Origin: Methylophaga frappieri | Lineage (GTDB): Bacteria; Pseudomonadota; Gammaproteobacteria; Nitrosococcales; Methylophagaceae | NCBI RefSeq assembly: GCF_000260965.1 | Contig: NC_017856.1 | Coordinates: 2,610,001-2,642,000 of the forward strand | Reading direction: 5' to 3' | Length of the DNA stretch: 32,000 nucleotides | In this document: positions 1 to 7,951 of the stretch, piece by piece | Layout: each line of letters begins with the position of its first letter | Position numbering within the stretch: position 1 is the stretch's first letter | Program-made: the position numbers and the translations under genes | Notes under the pieces: model-generated | Told to the model about the DNA's origin: nothing | What the model saw: the letters and a program-made list of their open reading frames with translations, nothing else | Databases searched by the model: none

Positions 1-539
1 TGCGTATAGATCTGGACTACTCTGTGCCTGTCTCCCAATACCATTACCGCCTTCCCCCTATAGACTACGAACAAAGTGGTGACTACATCACCAAATACAC
101 GGTGTTTGATGCCTTTACTGGAAAATCAATGAGGGCAGCGGTGGCAGAATATGTCGATGACCCAAATAACAAATTAGAAGTCGCGCGCTTTTTGCTAGCA
201 ATGACGCAGTATGGCTTTGAATACAAAACGGATGATGAATACTACGGACATAGTCACCCCGTGTTTGCGAAAGCCATGCTGTTGCCCAGGACAGAGGCCT
301 CTGATTGTGAAGACAAAACCTTTTTCTTTAACGCATCAGCAAGGCTGTTCGGTATTGAGACTGCTATTGCTCTGGTGCCTGGGCATATGTTTTCACTCAT
401 AGCGCTACCTCCACCCAGTAATGAAAGTCATTTTTTTCAAGGTCGATGGCTCGCGGCGGAGGCCACTGGGAGAGGCCATTCTCTTGGAGAGGTGTATTCC
501 TATCTCGAGGGAATAACTCCAGAGATATTTTTAGAGTAA
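1..539 (+). CDS. hypothetical protein with transglutaminase-like Cys-His core (5' end may lie outside window)
   Basis: ORF track gives 24..539 (GTG start), but the same frame stays open back to base 3, so the gene may start upstream of the window. SDCEDKTFFFNASARLFGIETAIALVPGHMFSLI...GRWLAAEATG has the order and spacing of the Cys / His / acidic triad of transglutaminase-like cysteine peptidase folds. Assigned by eye only. Confidence 0.45.
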   Translation, partial: RIDLDYSVPVSQYHYRLPPIDYEQSGDYITKYTVFDAFTGKSMRAAVAEYVDDPNNKLEVARFLLAMTQYGFEYKTDDEYYGHSHPVFAKAMLLPRTEASDCEDKTFFFNASARLFGIETAIALVPGHMFSLIALPPPSNESHFFQGRWLAAEATGRGHSLGEVYSYLEGITPEIFLE

Positions 540-698
540 CAATTTGAAATATTTCCATCAGATCAGTCATGCTCTAAAGCTTATAAGCCCTGAGGCCTTG
601 CAATCTAACAGGTGTTACTTCCTGGTGTAACTGTTACTAACTTCTATAGACATGGAACATCGAGCAAGCTAGAACTAAAACCAGATGAAGAGGTAACC

Positions 699-1382
699 AT
701 GAAAAACGTTATTTCGAAACCGTTGGCCACTGTAATGCTTTCGTTCTTATCACAGACTTCTAGTGCTGAAATTCTTGACTATTACGAGTGCCATCAAATC
801 TCCAGTTATTATCATGAGACCCTGCCAGGACTCATGGCTGATGTTCACCAAGCATACGAAAACTATTCTGGAACAGCTTACTCCTCTTATCTGGAGCACT
901 ATCAATATTTCAGTGATCGTAAAGAAAAACTAATAGATGAACTAGAAGATGGCGGAGCAAGTGACTGGATGCTTTATAGACATCATGCCGCTCAGTACAT
1001 TCAACAAGCGTCAATGGCCTCACTGTCAGCGCTGAGTATTACAAGCCCGATTTACGGTCCTTTTGTGTCGATAGTGGGTATGTCTCAGTCATTAATGGCT
1101 GAGGATCTTGAAGGCATATTTCTCAATTCTCTGGGTATTACTGGCGTCAATGTCATTGCAGGATTAACAACGGCACGTGAAATGGTTACTTCTGCCGCCT
1201 CGATGCAAGAGTTTGAGAGTAAGCATGGTGACTTGCGGCAATTTCTACTGGATCGCTTTGAAGCGGTTGAATATCAACTTCAGCGAGCAGAAAGCGCCAT
1301 GGACGCCCATGAGAGAGTGACTGAGGTTCACCTTCTTCAACAGACACTTTCAGCCTATTTGGTCAACTACTGCGCTAATTAG
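699..1382 (+). CDS. hypothetical secreted protein
   Basis: The ORF track starts at 612. I prefer ATG 699 because it follows GAAGAGG and gives a signal-peptide-like N-terminus (MKNVISKPLATVMLSFLSQTSSA/EI). There is a hydrophobic Gly/Ser/Ala-rich central stretch (SPIYGPFVSIVGMS...GITGVNVIAGLTTA). No family recognised. Confidence 0.5.
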   Translation: MKNVISKPLATVMLSFLSQTSSAEILDYYECHQISSYYHETLPGLMADVHQAYENYSGTAYSSYLEHYQYFSDRKEKLIDELEDGGASDWMLYRHHAAQYIQQASMASLSALSITSPIYGPFVSIVGMSQSLMAEDLEGIFLNSLGITGVNVIAGLTTAREMVTSAASMQEFESKHGDLRQFLLDRFEAVEYQLQRAESAMDAHERVTEVHLLQQTLSAYLVNYCAN

Positions 1383-1537
1383 GGGCCAAGCCCATGTCTT
1401 CTTTTATCAGACCAATCGGATACAGACTCGTCAATCAATCTGACAGAAATGGGCCTGAGGTGGTGCTGGCTACTCGTATTTTAGAAAGCTGGCTTTTAAA
1501 GCCTCTTGTAGCTAAACATTTAATAAGGAACTCAGCT

Positions 1538-3034
1538 ATGAGCAGTGTAAGTAAATATCTTTTAATACTGTCCCTCATCCTTTTGGCTTTGGGTTCGCGA
1601 ACCGTATTTGCTGCCAGTGTTGTGGGCGTTAGCAGTTCTTATGACTTCAAGTTCAATGCACGCGTCAGTCTCGGTCATGATATTGACGTTCCTGTTTACA
1701 TGGATGAGACCAGTAAGGTCGATGATCATAAGATTTTCAAAATATTTGTTATCCCGCCTGTGCTGATTGACTGGGATGGGTTCCAAGCCAAATATGAAAG
1801 ACTCTGTCCCGCGAGCGAACAGGAAAAAAAAGTCGATTTTAAATATCCTTATTCGTTAATCAGCAAAACGCTGATTCAGCAAGTCAATGAACAGTCTAAC
1901 GCGTGGCTAAGTGACTTGTTCGAAAATGCCAACGCCGTCTACCCAGGGCACACCCATCAGAATATCTCTAACATTCCGTACTATCAGTACACGCTTTATG
2001 CCGGCCGGTACTTCAAATCTGCGGGGATCATCGTCGACCAGTTCCCTCCCGAGCCCAGCGGTGTTTCCCTTCAGTCGTTGCCGTCAAACCCCATGCTGTA
2101 TTTCGAGCAGATCGCTTGTGTGGATCTTAAAGAGATCATAGATCACAGAGAGATCAGTGGAGAAATCGCGATCAACAATAAAAACTACGAAGTGGACACG
2201 GTCGCCTTCAGCGTTGCTCAATTTCTCAATTCTGATGTCGTCAATGACTTAACCCGAGAAGAAAAGCAAATAGGTCGAATCAGCAGCTCAAGTGACTCTT
2301 CTTTTGGCGGAATCGCCATCAATCTGGGTGGTGGTAGTGGTCTTAGCCTGGGGGGAGGCGAAAACCATCAAACCCTCGATGACAGCCGGCAGCGCCTGGT
2401 TAATTCAGTCGCCTTATCAAAAGCCTTACGTGACTTTACATCAAGCGCCAGCTATACCGCGACGATTGAGTCAGACGCGGCATTTCACTTCAATTCATTA
2501 ATGACCATGGTAAAAGACGTGTTGCCCAGCCAACAGTTGACTTACATGCTTGGTGATGATGGCAGCTTGACCTTCACAAATGGCGAAGCTAGCCACGTGC
2601 TCTCCAGTGATGAAGTGAAGGCTGTTCTAAAAAACCAAAGGGACATCGATATTGGGGTAAAGGATGATCAGTCTTTTTCAGTGGGCCCTCCTGCTACAAA
2701 CAAAAAAAGACCTAAACAACCTGGTTTATCCGCCTCTAGAGAACGAAGTGTCGAGACAAAAACCAATGATGAAGCGGAATTAGATCTCGAAACAAATGTG
2801 CCCAAGTCAATTACCTTATACACCGTTGAAAAAGGAGAAATCAGGAAAGCCATTAATGGGTTGATAACGATCAGGCGATTAAAGAATGTCAAGGGCGAAG
2901 TCTTACCCATGCCAACCCCAAGAACCTACATGGTGAGCGTTGAAGAAGATGCTCAGACGAAAAAAATCAAAGAGCTGGAAGATCAGAATCGACAGTTGGA
3001 TCAGACAGTCAAAAATCTTTTGAAACGACTATAA
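1538..3034 (+). CDS. hypothetical secreted protein with Gly/Ser-rich segment and C-terminal coiled coil
   Basis: The ORF track starts at 1394. ATG 1538 is preceded by AAGGA (1525-1529) and gives a classic signal peptide (MSSVSKYLLILSLILLALGSRTVFA/AS). It contains SSSSDSSFGGIAINLGGGSGLSLGGGE and a heptad-like C-terminus (KKIKELEDQNRQLDQTVKNLLKRL). No family recognised. Confidence 0.55.
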   Translation: MSSVSKYLLILSLILLALGSRTVFAASVVGVSSSYDFKFNARVSLGHDIDVPVYMDETSKVDDHKIFKIFVIPPVLIDWDGFQAKYERLCPASEQEKKVDFKYPYSLISKTLIQQVNEQSNAWLSDLFENANAVYPGHTHQNISNIPYYQYTLYAGRYFKSAGIIVDQFPPEPSGVSLQSLPSNPMLYFEQIACVDLKEIIDHREISGEIAINNKNYEVDTVAFSVAQFLNSDVVNDLTREEKQIGRISSSSDSSFGGIAINLGGGSGLSLGGGENHQTLDDSRQRLVNSVALSKALRDFTSSASYTATIESDAAFHFNSLMTMVKDVLPSQQLTYMLGDDGSLTFTNGEASHVLSSDEVKAVLKNQRDIDIGVKDDQSFSVGPPATNKKRPKQPGLSASRERSVETKTNDEAELDLETNVPKSITLYTVEKGEIRKAINGLITIRRLKNVKGEVLPMPTPRTYMVSVEEDAQTKKIKELEDQNRQLDQTVKNLLKRL

Positions 3035-3056
3035 ATCAAAACGAGGGCTCTCAGTT

Positions 3057-3509
3057 ATGAAAATTGTATTCTCAAGTTTAGTGGCGGCAACTCTTCTTTT
3101 GACTGCCCCGGCTTTTGCGGACTGTCTCAGCGAACATATGGACAGACTCACTTCACAGGAGAGAAACGTAACCGTGAATTATGGTTTGTATTGTAAAGGA
3201 GGAGCTTGGAAGGATTTCAAGGGGTGTGTTGGCAGGGAGAAAAAAAATGAAACAAAAACTTTTCATCCAGAAAATGGATGGCTAATTGAGAGCTCCGAAC
3301 TTACGAATACGAAAAACCATAACAGAGCCAGCGCAGCCATTATCTCTACATCTAACAGCAGTGTGCAAATAGCGCTGGCATGTGATGCACATGGTTGTGA
3401 TCGCAGCAACAATCATGCTGAAACAAAGACGACCTTAAATGTTGCACTGAAAAGAATAGTCACCGGAGAGGATTATCAAGCCGTCCGGGCAGCTTGTGGG
3501 TTGGATTGA
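3057..3509 (+). CDS. small Cys-rich secreted protein, unknown function
   Basis: 150-aa ORF starting 22 nt after the previous stop. It has a signal peptide (MKIVFSSLVAATLLLTAPAFA/DC) and seven Cys in the mature part. No family recognised. Confidence 0.55.
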   Translation: MKIVFSSLVAATLLLTAPAFADCLSEHMDRLTSQERNVTVNYGLYCKGGAWKDFKGCVGREKKNETKTFHPENGWLIESSELTNTKNHNRASAAIISTSNSSVQIALACDAHGCDRSNNHAETKTTLNVALKRIVTGEDYQAVRAACGLD

Positions 3510-3562
3510 GAGTACCTGTCTTTTATAAGCTTGCTTTACTGGCGACATCATAGAACTGATTT

Positions 3563-3597
3563 GCTCAGTGCACCAAGCGTCGCTTGGTGCACTGAGC
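3563..3597. repeat. perfect inverted repeat (17-nt arms, 1-nt spacer), possible stem-loop or protein-binding site
   Basis: GCTCAGTGCACCAAGCG t CGCTTGGTGCACTGAGC, with the arms exactly reverse-complementary. It lies 54 nt downstream of the 3509 stop. No U-tract follows on either strand, so it is not a canonical intrinsic terminator. Confidence 0.5.
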
Positions 3598-3691
3598 TAG
3601 CTACGATACCTGAAGATGCAGCGCATTCTCAATGAGCAGTTTTAGATGACTAGCAAGAGCGGTAAGTTTAGGTTGAATAGCCACCAACTTT

Positions 3692-4596
3692 TTAGACACT
3701 GATCAGCCGTTTATGAAATCGGTTTTCAAACTCTACAGGCGACATCTGATTATTGAAACTATGTCGTCGTTTTGAGTTATAAAACATCTCGATGTAATCG
3801 AAAATGTCATTTCTCGCTTCCTGTCTCGTCGAATAGATTTTTCGTTTAACTCGCTCACGTTTGAGTAACTGAAAAAAGCTCTCTGCAACCGCATTGTCAT
3901 GACAGTTTCCACGCCGACTCATGCTGCCTTCCAGGCCATGTGCCTTTAAAAATGCGCTCCAGTCATGGCTGGTGTATTGGCTACCCTGATCGGAATGCAC
4001 AGTGACAGGAGTCACCGGGTTTCGGCGCCAGACAGCCATAAGCAAGGCATTCAGCACCAGTTCCTTAGTGATGCGGGATTGCATCGACCAGCCGACGACT
4101 CTCCTGGAATACAAATCAACAACAACCGCCAGGTAAAGCCAGCCCTCATGAGTTCGTATATGCGTGATGTCCGTTACCCAGGCTTCATTGGGCGTGGCAG
4201 GACTGAACTGTCGTTTTAACCTGTTTGGTGTGACGATGTGCGGCTTACCTTTTGATGAGCGAGGTTTTCTGTACCCAACCTGCGCTTTGATGCCTGCCTG
4301 CTTCATCAGACGCAGCACGCGGTTCGGGCCACAATGTTCACCATATTCGCGTAGGTCGCTGTAAATCTTTCGATAGCCATACACCGCACCGGACTCTAGC
4401 CAGAACTGTTTAATAAGCCCTGATAACCGCTAGTCGGCTATAGTTCGGCTTGATTTGGGTGTTTTGAGCCAGGAATAAAAACCACTGGGGTGAACATCAA
4501 GCAATCGACATAATTTCCTGACCGGCCACATACGCTGGAATCGCTTGATAAAGGCGTACCTCACTCGGGGTGACTGGCGAAGTACGCCGCGGCTTT
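3692..4596 (-). pseudogene. IS3-family transposase OrfB (DDE/RNase H fold) interrupted by an in-frame TAG
   Basis: The DDE signature is present (WVTDITHI, HSDQGSQYTS, GNCHDNAVAESFF). The -1 frame entered at the slippery site reads ...SSRTIAD*RLSGLIKQFWLESGAVYGYRKIY, with TAG at 4432-4430. The ORF track therefore only reports the downstream 230 aa (3692..4384). Confidence 0.75.
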
Positions 4597-4839
4597 TTTT
4601 AGGATGTCTCGCTCTTCTGTAAAGCGTTTCAGTTCTTTTTGGAGGCGCTTTATTTCTGCATCAGCATCCGCTTTTTGCTGAAAATGCGGTGCTTCAGGAT
4701 CGTACTTCTTGATCCAGGCGTAAAGGCTATGTGTCGTGACGCCAAGTCGACGTGATACATCAGCTACTGAGTAACCACGATCAGTGATCTGACGAACGGC
4801 TTCGATTTTAAATTCTTCGGGATAACGTTTGTTGCTCAT
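4561..4839 (-). CDS. IS3-family transposase OrfA (helix-turn-helix)
   Basis: MSNKRYPEEFKIEAVRQITDRGYSVADVSRRLGVTTHSLYAWIKKY followed by a leucine-zipper-like region is typical of IS3 OrfA. I chose ATG 4839, behind GAGAGGTG, rather than the track start at 4887. Confidence 0.85.
   Translation of the reverse strand: MSNKRYPEEFKIEAVRQITDRGYSVADVSRRLGVTTHSLYAWIKKYDPEAPHFQQKADADAEIKRLQKELKRFTEERDILKKAAAYFASHPE
4593..4600 (-). other. programmed -1 ribosomal frameshift site (A AAA AAG) of IS3 orfAB
   Basis: The minus strand reads CCTAAAAAAAGCC (T7 at 4594-4600 on the plus strand). Frame 0 continues as KKAAAYFASHPE*. Frame -1 reads KKSRGVLRQSPRVRYAFIKRFQRMWPVRKLCRLLDVHPSGFYSWL and runs into orfB. 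Confidence 0.65.
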
Positions 4840-5002
4840 TTGCACCTCTCTGATTGCCATTTTGAATGGCTGAAAGGTGTCTAGCAAATTGGTGGCTATT
4901 CATATGGTCGTGCAAGAAAGATATTGGTTATCCGGCTTACCACAATAGTTGGTGAGAGTAATTGAGGCTTTGGTTATAGGTATGCAGAAATATATATGTA
5001 GT

Positions 5003-5728
5003 TTAGTTATTTAGCCATGAGCTATAGGCTTGAATGTCTATCATTGGAACGGTAGCACTGAGCTGAAGTTGTGAAATCAATTTGAATAAAAATGCGGTCG
5101 CGGGCTTACCTCCTGCGTGAACTGTATAATCATTTGCATCATAGCTTGAATGAAAATATCCATGCGCGGCCAAACAGCCAAAGTCAAGTTTTCCATCACC
5201 CTTTTCGCTTTTGAGGGCAGTGAGCAAGCTATTTCCGATAGCAGGACTCCAGTCGCTTTCGAAAGTTAGTAGCCCACCATAAATTGGTATCAATGGCTTA
5301 GGTGGGTATGTTCCACCTGCATATGGAATGGGCAAGCTAGTGCGGTGTAATCTACGCACGCTTTGGACTTTCTCTTGTGCATATTTGACATGATCAAGGT
5401 TGGCAGACTGTTTAGCTTCAAAGACGGCATAGACACTTTCCGCAGGAATAATGATCTGACCTTCAAAATGAAAGATGAAAGGGGTGTACTGCCTATCATA
5501 AATAACTACATCTATTTGCTGGCTAAAATTGTTTTTGCTATCAACAACATGTGCCTTATCAGCTTTGTAGCGGGAAGGGAGATATTTGTTGAATAGATCG
5601 ATCCAAACAGTTTCACTCGCATCACCCTTTGTACCTGGATGCTTGATTGTGCTTCGAACAGTCTCTAGACGCCGCTCAATGTCATCGTGCAGGCCTGATA
5701 AAATACTCTCTAGCGACCAGTCGCTCAT
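5003..5728 (-). CDS. nucC: CBASS effector, NucC-type restriction-endonuclease-fold DNase
   Basis: 241 aa beginning MSDWSL. It has a PD-(D/E)xK-like layout with QID73VVIYD and AVFE104AK106. Length, N-terminus and the D73 position fit the cyclic-trinucleotide-activated NucC family as I remember it. Its ATG overlaps the cap3 stop (ATGA), and it is the last gene of the CD-NTase operon. Confidence 0.8.
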   Translation of the reverse strand: MSDWSLESILSGLHDDIERRLETVRSTIKHPGTKGDASETVWIDLFNKYLPSRYKADKAHVVDSKNNFSQQIDVVIYDRQYTPFIFHFEGQIIIPAESVYAVFEAKQSANLDHVKYAQEKVQSVRRLHRTSLPIPYAGGTYPPKPLIPIYGGLLTFESDWSPAIGNSLLTALKSEKGDGKLDFGCLAAHGYFHSSYDANDYTVHAGGKPATAFLFKLISQLQLSATVPMIDIQAYSSWLNN

Positions 5729-6243
5729 TCCATGTCCTTTTCATTACAAAGTATGTTGCTTTCAGAATTTGTATTGGTATCTTCTATTACAATGTTACAA
5801 GCGAGCTTATGACCAGAAGCCAAGTAGGTTCTGGCGCCAATTTGAATGCTTGCCTGCACATCGAGTTTTACAATAACGAGTACTAAGAAATTTACGGCTT
5901 CGCCTTGTTCGGAGAGGAGGTTGTTCATAGTTATCTCGTCCTGAATACTGGGCCAAGCTGGAGCGTTCGGATGAGAATGCCATTCACCAAGATAGTTATA
6001 GAGTAGAGGATTACCACCAATTTTTTGGTGAAGCGTCAGTATTTTCCTTCGTGCGCTACCTCCGTGACGCCTGAACGATGTTGCTGTTCCTCTCCAGAAT
6101 CGTTGCGGTGCCGCATCCAGTATACGGAAATCACCTATGTCAACCTGTTCACCGAAGAGAACACCACCGATCTCTGTGCCATCTGCCCGCTCTAGAGCTT
6201 CAAGCCATTGGTCAAGAATCTCTTTTGGTATCCTCAGTCTCAC
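5725..6243 (-). CDS. cap3: CBASS Cap3, JAB/JAMM-family isopeptidase
   Basis: It has TEIGGVLFG (upstream Glu) and EWHSHPNAPAWPSIQD, which is the JAMM motif HxHx7Sx2D. At 172 aa it is located after the E1/E2 gene and overlaps it by 32 nt. Confidence 0.85.
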   Translation of the reverse strand: MRLRIPKEILDQWLEALERADGTEIGGVLFGEQVDIGDFRILDAAPQRFWRGTATSFRRHGGSARRKILTLHQKIGGNPLLYNYLGEWHSHPNAPAWPSIQDEITMNNLLSEQGEAVNFLVLVIVKLDVQASIQIGARTYLASGHKLACNIVIEDTNTNSESNILCNEKDME

Positions 6244-7951
6244 TGCTCAAGTCCTGGAATAAGGATTGAATAAACGCTGACTCGCTTCCGGTGTCTTGTC
6301 CAATGCAAAAGGGTAGACGAATAGGCGCATTAACAACAATTGGACGAGTATCAAAAGGTCCCTTGAACATCCATCCACGCTTCAAGCCGATGAGGTACGA
6401 ATGTTCGTCATAGCTCGAGGGCTCAGTGTCCATCAGTGAGTCTAGTGTAAAGGCGACTATATGTGCGGAGAATACTGAAACATCTGCATCGCTAGCTTGC
6501 ATAAGCTCTGTTTGACCGATAGACCCGTCGTAACCACGTCCGGCAGCAATTGGTGGGGCTTCCTCTATAGTTTTGTAATACTGATTAACAGCTGAACGAA
6601 TGTCATAGGGTGAGGGATCTTTTCCAACTCTAGAGCGTGCTATTTCTCCACCTATGCCACCAGCATAAACTGCTCCCCAGACTAGTGTGCGATTATGGTG
6701 AATACACAGGTCTGCAACATGGTTAAATACATCAGGATTTGCAGATGCGTCTATAATTAGATCGCAGGATGCAAGCGCTTGACTTACATTCGCTGCTTCT
6801 TGAGAGGATATTTGTGCGCCTATGGCGCTCCTCCAGGTGCGACTCTTGACGCCGCGATGAATAAATTGAAGACGATCTGCAATCAATTCAACTTTGTGCT
6901 GACCAACATCTCGCCAGTCACCTTCATGCCGTTCTAGATTACCTATGTGTAGAACGTCCCCATCTACAAGTTCAAATTGACGTACGCCTGATCTTGCGAG
7001 AGAAATTGCGATTTTGGAACCGAGAGATCCAAGGCCTACGATACCCACCTTTTTCGTTTTGAGTGTTGCATGATTAACGCCACTTCGGTTTGCATCAAAC
7101 GGTGCTAACACAGTGGTGAAACTCATCAAATCATCATCATCTTTGAAGTGGCTTATCAACGTTAAGCCGCTATCAGAACTTTTTAGCAATACAGACCAAT
7201 TAGTATCACTTCGGAAACCCTCTCTATCCCCCAAAATATTCCACAGTTGTTTGAGCGTTTTTATCCCTTGTAACTTAGTTGTCGAGGTATTGGTGATGTA
7301 AATAGTGCCATTTTGTACTACACATAACTTCCTTAGGGCTTCTGGGGTTAACAAAGGCTTTGTATTTGCCGCCTCACCGCCAATTGATAGAAGATGTGCA
7401 ATCATAGATCTGCCGCTGCGATATTCGATTCCAACTTCAATAGGCAGACGGTCCAGGTTGTCATCGTTAAGGACTAGGCGTGCAACAGGATCTACATAAA
7501 AGCGTTTTAGCTCGGATCTGAGTGATATTATTTCAGGTACATCATGTGCGGAAGGTGCATGAACGGCTTCACCATTTTCACTTTCTGTTTCAGCTTCTAA
7601 GAGACGACGTGCACTTTCAATCATATTGGAGCCAGTAACGTCTGGCGTCCAGTTGTCATTGCGGATGTCAAGACATAGTTCACCACCTTTCCCATATTGG
7701 TGGCCAGATAGTCTTGTTTCGCTATCTGTAGGACGAATACTTGGAGGACCTGCGGGAAATGTGTTGTGATAAGTTAGATTTAGTGAAAAGGATCCACGTG
7801 TGATATTGATGTCGAATATCAGATTTAACTGTAACTGCTTATCAACAAACCATCTCGGGTTTTGAAACCATTCTGCGTCGAGCGATTCTATAGCCTCTCG
7901 CTCCTTTTTCAATCTCGATTGTTCCGTCAACCACCACATATCATCAGGCAA
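6212..7951 (-). CDS. cap2: CBASS Cap2, E2-like / E1-like (ThiF/MoeB) fusion protein
   Basis: The N-terminal part has a UBC-like Cys context (GHQYGKGGELCLDIRNDNW). The central part has an E1 Rossmann motif (KVGIVGLGSLGSKIAISLARSGVRQFELVDGDVLHIGNLERH). It is 579 aa and overlaps the CD-NTase stop by 8 nt. Confidence 0.85.
   Translation of the reverse strand: MPDDMWWLTEQSRLKKEREAIESLDAEWFQNPRWFVDKQLQLNLIFDINITRGSFSLNLTYHNTFPAGPPSIRPTDSETRLSGHQYGKGGELCLDIRNDNWTPDVTGSNMIESARRLLEAETESENGEAVHAPSAHDVPEIISLRSELKRFYVDPVARLVLNDDNLDRLPIEVGIEYRSGRSMIAHLLSIGGEAANTKPLLTPEALRKLCVVQNGTIYITNTSTTKLQGIKTLKQLWNILGDREGFRSDTNWSVLLKSSDSGLTLISHFKDDDDLMSFTTVLAPFDANRSGVNHATLKTKKVGIVGLGSLGSKIAISLARSGVRQFELVDGDVLHIGNLERHEGDWRDVGQHKVELIADRLQFIHRGVKSRTWRSAIGAQISSQEAANVSQALASCDLIIDASANPDVFNHVADLCIHHNRTLVWGAVYAGGIGGEIARSRVGKDPSPYDIRSAVNQYYKTIEEAPPIAAGRGYDGSIGQTELMQASDADVSVFSAHIVAFTLDSLMDTEPSSYDEHSYLIGLKRGWMFKGPFDTRPIVVNAPIRLPFCIGQDTGSESAFIQSLFQDLSSETEDTKRDS

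Larger units (their letters stand above)
3674..4902 (-). mobile_element. IS3-family insertion sequence (about 1.23 kb), probably inactive
   Basis: Terminal inverted repeats are TGAATAGCCACCAACTTTTTAGACAC (3674-) and the reverse complement of the right end, TGAATAGCCACCAATTTGCTAGACAC (-4902). The first 14 nt are identical, roughly 23/26 overall, with the 5'-TG...CA-3' ends typical of IS3. The element encloses orfA and orfB with an A7G slippery site. Confidence 0.85.

Noticed and set aside
612-1537. The longer start codons offered by the ORF track for the second (612) and third (1394) genes of the left operon.
   Set aside because: The internal ATGs at 699 and 1538 have Shine-Dalgarno-like sequences and yield canonical signal peptides, while the extensions are hydrophilic leaders. 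The choice remains unverified.
4903-4911. TATGGTCGT immediately outside the IS3 right end matches the 3' 9 nt of both 16-bp repeats at 8993-9029. This hints that the CBASS cassette (5003-9046) is bracketed by direct repeats.
   Set aside because: Only 9 bp match, the similarity does not extend on either side, and I could not scan the window exhaustively for other copies. A chance match is not excluded. It is worth a computational k-mer check but is not claimable.
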